A DNA stretch of 64,000 nucleotides from Candidatus Komeilibacteria bacterium. Its GTDB lineage: Bacteria; Patescibacteriota; Patescibacteriia; UBA1558. The stretch lies in NCBI GenBank assembly GCA_048538275.1, contig JBLYPW010000003.1, positions 15,248-79,247 on the forward strand, given 5' to 3'. The notes beneath the pieces are model-generated. The model made no database searches. It was not told the DNA's origin and saw only the letters and a program-made list of their open reading frames with translations. The first letter of the stretch is position 1. Every line of letters begins with the position of its first letter. Made by a program: the position numbers and the translations under genes. Positions 60,093 to 64,000 of this stretch are shown one piece after another.

Positions 60093-61169
60093 ATGGCAAC
60101 TACAGACACTTTAATTATCAATAGAATATTGGGAGCGGCCGCTGAACGACGGGCATCAGATTTACACTTGTCCGCTGGTAATTATCCAGTCATGCGGATC
60201 AATGACGAGCTGGTTCCTTTGGAGGGAGAGGAGGTTATTACCCCTGATTTTGTCCAACAGTTGGTAGAGTTTTTTATCCCTGAAGATAAGCGAGAGGAAT
60301 TTAATAAAAATAAAGAGATTTTATTGATTCATGAGTGGATGAACCAACTACGTTTGAAAGTAGCTATTTTTTATCAGAAAAATTTACCGGTGGTAGCAAT
60401 ACATATTATTCCGGAAGTGGTTCCTGAGTTGCGTAGCTTGGGCCTACCCCAGGGAGTAGACAATTTGATAAATAGCAAAAAAGGTTTGCTGTTGATTGGC
60501 GGCACTTTTGGTTCTGGCCGTTCTACCACGGCCGCAGTTTTATTAAACACTATTAATGCCCAGCGTAAGGAAAGAATTTTGACCATAGAGGAGCCGATAG
60601 AATTTTTATTGGCCAATAATCAAAGCATGATTGCACAACAGGAGGTGGGTAAGGATATTGTTTCTCGTCGCGATGGTTTGGCACAGGCTATGAATCAAGA
60701 CATTGACGTATTATTTGTCAGTGAAGTGTCAGACTGGGAAGAATGGGAGCTAGTATTGAAGCATGCTGAGGCTGGCCGGTTGGTATTGGTGGTGATGACA
60801 GCAGAAAGTTCTACCTTGGCTTTAGAGCGGATTATCAATGCTTATCCAGAAGATAAACAGAATTGGGCTAGAGAATTATTAGCGAATCACTTGGAGGCAG
60901 TTTTAATACAGCGTTTATTGCCAAGGGTAGGTGGCGGCTTGGCTATGGCTAGCGAGTTGTTATTTAATAATCAAGCGGTAGCCGGCTCTATCAAAGAAAA
61001 CAAACTTTATCAGATTTTTAGTATTTTACAGAGTAATCGTGATATGGGCATGCTAGCTCTTGATCAGTCACTGCTAGAATTGGTGCGTACCGGCGAGGTT
61101 GCGAAAGAAGATGCTTTGCCCGAAGTTATTGATAAAGTTAATTTTAATAATTCATTAAAGAAATTTTAG
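60093..61169 (+). CDS. pilT: PilT-like protein (twitching-motility ATPase family) with degenerate Walker A and His box
   Basis: It aligns to PilT throughout (INRILGAAAERRASDLHL..., IEEPIEF, DVLFVSEVSD). However, Walker A reads GGTFGSGRSTT (Lys to Arg) and the His-box region reads GRLVLVVMTAES in place of GHLV..TLHT. Confidence 0.65.
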   Translation: MATTDTLIINRILGAAAERRASDLHLSAGNYPVMRINDELVPLEGEEVITPDFVQQLVEFFIPEDKREEFNKNKEILLIHEWMNQLRLKVAIFYQKNLPVVAIHIIPEVVPELRSLGLPQGVDNLINSKKGLLLIGGTFGSGRSTTAAVLLNTINAQRKERILTIEEPIEFLLANNQSMIAQQEVGKDIVSRRDGLAQAMNQDIDVLFVSEVSDWEEWELVLKHAEAGRLVLVVMTAESSTLALERIINAYPEDKQNWARELLANHLEAVLIQRLLPRVGGGLAMASELLFNNQAVAGSIKENKLYQIFSILQSNRDMGMLALDQSLLELVRTGEVAKEDALPEVIDKVNFNNSLKKF

Positions 61170-61225
61170 CTATTTATTGTGGAATTATTCCTCATCAATA
61201 GTATTGCAGTTTTTAAATTATATAC

Positions 61226-62434
61226 ATGGCTATTTTTAAATATCGCGCTCATCGGGGTCAGGATATTACCACTGGCATGGTAGAGGCTCCTAATCTGGAG
61301 GCAGCCTCGGAAATTTTAGGCGATCGCGGTTTAAACATTATAAATATCAGTGAGGCAGAAGAGGGTAAAAAGGGCCTGTCTTTAAATATTGCTATTTTAC
61401 AAAGAGTCAAGCCTAAAGATTTGGTGATTTTTTCACGTCAGCTTTCCGTGATGATATCAGCGACTTTGCCGATTGTGCAGGCTTTGCGTATTTTAGTCAA
61501 ACAAACTACCAATCCATTTTTCAAAGGTATTATTTCTGAGCTGGCTGATGAAGTGGAGGGTGGACAAAAATTTTCTGTGGCCTTAGGTAAGCACCGTAAT
61601 ATTTTTTCCAACTTTTATGTCAGTATGGTCAAGAGCGGTGAGACCTCGGGCAAGCTGGATGATGTCTTAGAATATTTAGCGGATCAATTGGAAAAAGATT
61701 ATGATTTACGGAGCAAGATAAAAGGTGCCATGATTTATCCGGCTTTTATTATCTCCGGTTTGGTAGTGGTAGGTATAGTAATGATGATTTTTGTCATTCC
61801 GAAATTAACGGAAATGTTGACGGCTTCCGGTCAAGAATTACCCATTGCCACTCGTATGTTAATAGCTACCAGCACTTTTATGCGTGATTATTGGTGGTTG
61901 TTGATTGTATTGGTATTGGGCATAGTCTTTGGTTTGCGTTATGTGATTAAGACTAAAAAAGGAAAAAAAGCCTTTGATTTGTTATTGATTAAGTTGCCGG
62001 TATTTGGCAAATTATTTCAGCGTATTTATTTAGTACGTTTAACGCGCTCTTTATCCACCCTGATCGTGGGTGGCGTGCCGTTGACAGCGGGTTTGAAGAT
62101 TGTTAATGAGGTAGTGGGCAATACCGCCTATCAAGAAATTATTGAGGAAACTATCAAGGTAGTGGAAGATGGTGATTCGGTAGCCAGTATTATGCTTAAT
62201 TCTAATATTATTCCCAGCTTGGTGTCGCAAATGATGAGCGTGGGAGAAAAAACCGGTCGTTTGGATGAGGTGCTGCGCCGGGTATCTGATTTTTATTCTC
62301 GTGAAATTGAAAATATTGTGTCTAATTTGACCAGCTTAATAGAGCCTTTTATTATGGTTGTGATTGGCGTGGCAGTGGGTGGCATGGTGGCAGCCATTAT
62401 TTTACCAATGTATAACTTAGCGAATCAGTTTTAG
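61226..62434 (+). CDS. pilC: Type IV pilus inner-membrane platform protein PilC (GspF family)
   Basis: Two GspF repeats and three TM segments. The N-terminus is MAIFKYRAHRGQDITTGMVEAPNLEAASEILGDRGL. Confidence 0.85.
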   Translation: MAIFKYRAHRGQDITTGMVEAPNLEAASEILGDRGLNIINISEAEEGKKGLSLNIAILQRVKPKDLVIFSRQLSVMISATLPIVQALRILVKQTTNPFFKGIISELADEVEGGQKFSVALGKHRNIFSNFYVSMVKSGETSGKLDDVLEYLADQLEKDYDLRSKIKGAMIYPAFIISGLVVVGIVMMIFVIPKLTEMLTASGQELPIATRMLIATSTFMRDYWWLLIVLVLGIVFGLRYVIKTKKGKKAFDLLLIKLPVFGKLFQRIYLVRLTRSLSTLIVGGVPLTAGLKIVNEVVGNTAYQEIIEETIKVVEDGDSVASIMLNSNIIPSLVSQMMSVGEKTGRLDEVLRRVSDFYSREIENIVSNLTSLIEPFIMVVIGVAVGGMVAAIILPMYNLANQF

Positions 62435-62557
62435 CATTTTCGCCAGTTTTTATTTACCGTTTATGAAAAATATTGTATAATTATAATACCTGTGGATATC
62501 TTTGGTAATTTAACTTACCTAGTTTCCTATAATATTTAGTGATTAAATTGTAATATT

Positions 62558-63031
62558 ATGAAAAATAACAAAGGTTTTACCTTGATTGAGTTATTGGTAG
62601 TGATTGCCATCATTGGTTTACTTTCCACTTTAGCGGTGGTTTCTTTGAATTCGGCTAGATCAAAAGCTAGGGATGCTCGCCGTACTTCTGATATCAGACA
62701 ATTACAGACCGCTTTAGAGATGTATTTTAATGATAAGGGAGCTTATCCAGCAACGCCAAGTAACTCAACATACTTGGGTGAGGATACCACTGGCACTGAT
62801 GATCCACGAGTATTAACCAGCGCTGGTTTTGAGGAAACAGGAACTGCTGGTGAAACTGTATTTATGAATCAAGTACCTTCTGATCCCCAGCCAGATACTT
62901 ATCATTACGATTACGCTGCAACTGGCACGGGCAATACGGGTTATACAATAAGTTTTACACTTGAAAATGATAATTCCAGTTGGGGTGGAGATGTGTGTGT
63001 AGCGTCTCCCGGGCAAATTTCCTGTAATTAA
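62558..63031 (+). CDS. pilA: Type IV major pilin (class III signal peptide, C-terminal disulfide)
   Basis: The prepilin leader and cleavage site are MKNNKG/FTLIELLVVIAIIGLL, with Glu at +5. C-terminal Cys lie at ...DVCVASPGQISCN. A strong terminator follows. Confidence 0.85.
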   Translation: MKNNKGFTLIELLVVIAIIGLLSTLAVVSLNSARSKARDARRTSDIRQLQTALEMYFNDKGAYPATPSNSTYLGEDTTGTDDPRVLTSAGFEETGTAGETVFMNQVPSDPQPDTYHYDYAATGTGNTGYTISFTLENDNSSWGGDVCVASPGQISCN

Positions 63032-63046
63032 TAGTTGATTATTTAA

Positions 63047-63077
63047 AACCCGCTAGGCCTATTTAGCGGGTTTTTTT
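63047..63077 (+). terminator. Hairpin AACCCGCTA-N8-TAGCGGGTT followed by TTTTTTT
   Basis: Canonical rho-independent terminator after the pilin gene. Confidence 0.6.
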
Positions 63078-63078
63078 A

Positions 63079-63879
63079 TTGGTTAAAAAATGCTATAATA
63101 TAGCCATGATTTACTTTATTTTAGTGATTTTAGGCTTATTGTTAGGTAGTTTTTATAATGCTTTAATTTATCGTTTATATAAAGGTGAAAGTATTGTTCG
63201 GGGGCGTTCTCATTGTCCGCATTGTGGTCATACTTTGAGCTGGCGGGACTTATTTCCTATTTTCAGTTGGTTGTGGTTAGGCGGGCATTGTCGCTATTGT
63301 CAGGCAAAGATTGGCTGGCAGTATCCAATGATTGAATTGGTGAGTGCGGGTTTATTAGTAATGGGTTATGCGGTTTTGGGACCAGCTCAGCCATTATTAA
63401 ATTTTACTACTTGGTTGCCATTTATTTATTATGCGATTGCCAGCGCCGGTTTATTAATCATCTTTATTTTTGACGGCCGTTATACTTTAATACCGGATAA
63501 AGTGAGCTTGCCACTGATGGTGGTGGCTTTATTGTTTACTTGGTTGACCGGGCAGGATTTAGTACAACATATTTTAGCTGGGGTAGTTGGTTTGGCGTGG
63601 TTTGGTTGGCAATATGTGATTTCTCGTGGGCGTTGGATTGGCGGGGGAGATTTACGGATGGGTTTGTTAATGGGTTTGTTGTTAGGTTGGCCGGGCATAG
63701 TCATAGCTTTATTTATATCTTATATTTTAGGCGCGGTGGTGGCTATTGGTTTATTACTTAGTCATCGTCGCCAAATTGGCAGTCAGCTGGCTTTTGGCAC
63801 TTTTTTGAGTGTAGCTGCTTTACTCACTTGGTTGTGGGGAGATCAATTATTACATTGGTATCTGAATTTATTTATTTGA
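63079..63879 (+). CDS. pilD: Prepilin peptidase PilD (A24 family) with N-terminal zinc-binding CxxC pairs
   Basis: CPHCGHTL...CRYCQAKI are the two CxxC pairs. It has multiple TM helices and the conserved Asp motif region (GGGDLRM). Confidence 0.85.
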   Translation: MVKKCYNIAMIYFILVILGLLLGSFYNALIYRLYKGESIVRGRSHCPHCGHTLSWRDLFPIFSWLWLGGHCRYCQAKIGWQYPMIELVSAGLLVMGYAVLGPAQPLLNFTTWLPFIYYAIASAGLLIIFIFDGRYTLIPDKVSLPLMVVALLFTWLTGQDLVQHILAGVVGLAWFGWQYVISRGRWIGGGDLRMGLLMGLLLGWPGIVIALFISYILGAVVAIGLLLSHRRQIGSQLAFGTFLSVAALLTWLWGDQLLHWYLNLFI

Positions 63880-63880
63880 T

Positions 63881-64000
63881 ATGAAATATAATTTTGTTTT
63901 CGTAAACAAAGGCTTCACCCTGATTGAATTAATAGTTTCCATGGGTATATTTATTAGCCTTTTTTTGATAGTGACGGTAAATTTTCGTTCTGGCGAATCA
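63881..64000 (+). CDS. Type IV (minor) pilin-like protein, partial (continues beyond window end)
   Basis: MKYNFVFVNKG/FTLIELIVSMGIFISLFLIVTV is a prepilin leader and hydrophobic alpha1 helix. The ORF is open to the window edge. Confidence 0.55.
   Translation, partial: MKYNFVFVNKGFTLIELIVSMGIFISLFLIVTVNFRSGES

Overview
AT-rich (about 38-40% GC), densely coded bacterial window. The gene content is typical of a small-genome monoderm, possibly CPR/Patescibacteria-like, but I infer this from content only and have not verified it.

The first 29 kb carries mostly core genes on both strands:
- a stress cluster: partial Hsp20, a secreted beta-propeller repeat protein, an acidic protein, and an HD-domain (p)ppGpp-hydrolase-like protein
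- tRNA-Glu(UUC)
- a lexA-dinB SOS cassette with a Cheo-type LexA box
- an MFS transporter and a TrmB-like regulator
- tsaD-tsaE followed by a protein-kinase-like gene
- a pilB-like ATPase, ftsH and rpsA
- an operon of MBL-like, DWQ-repeat and gyrA genes, then a LysM/M23 peptidase, leuS, an MFS-like membrane protein and rsmA

Positions 29.1-47.7 kb form an accessory island:
- an Asp-rich membrane protein translationally coupled to a 2879-aa Cys-rich giant secreted protein with CBM-like modules
- two tandem 416-aa paralogs with BNR/Asp-box repeats and a T9SS-type C-terminal sorting domain
- a 1711-aa polytopic membrane protein with a long charged tail
- two copies of a roughly 138-bp element with inverted-repeat ends (MITE-like)

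The remainder is again core: efp, rpsF-ssb-rpsR, htpX-lemA, and a complete type IV pilus locus. That locus has two large W-repeat secreted proteins, pilM/N/O, pilB, a CheY-like receiver, pilC, a major pilin, pilD and a minor pilin. It also has a PilT-like protein whose Walker A and His boxes are degenerate.

No rRNA, CRISPR array or transposase was seen.
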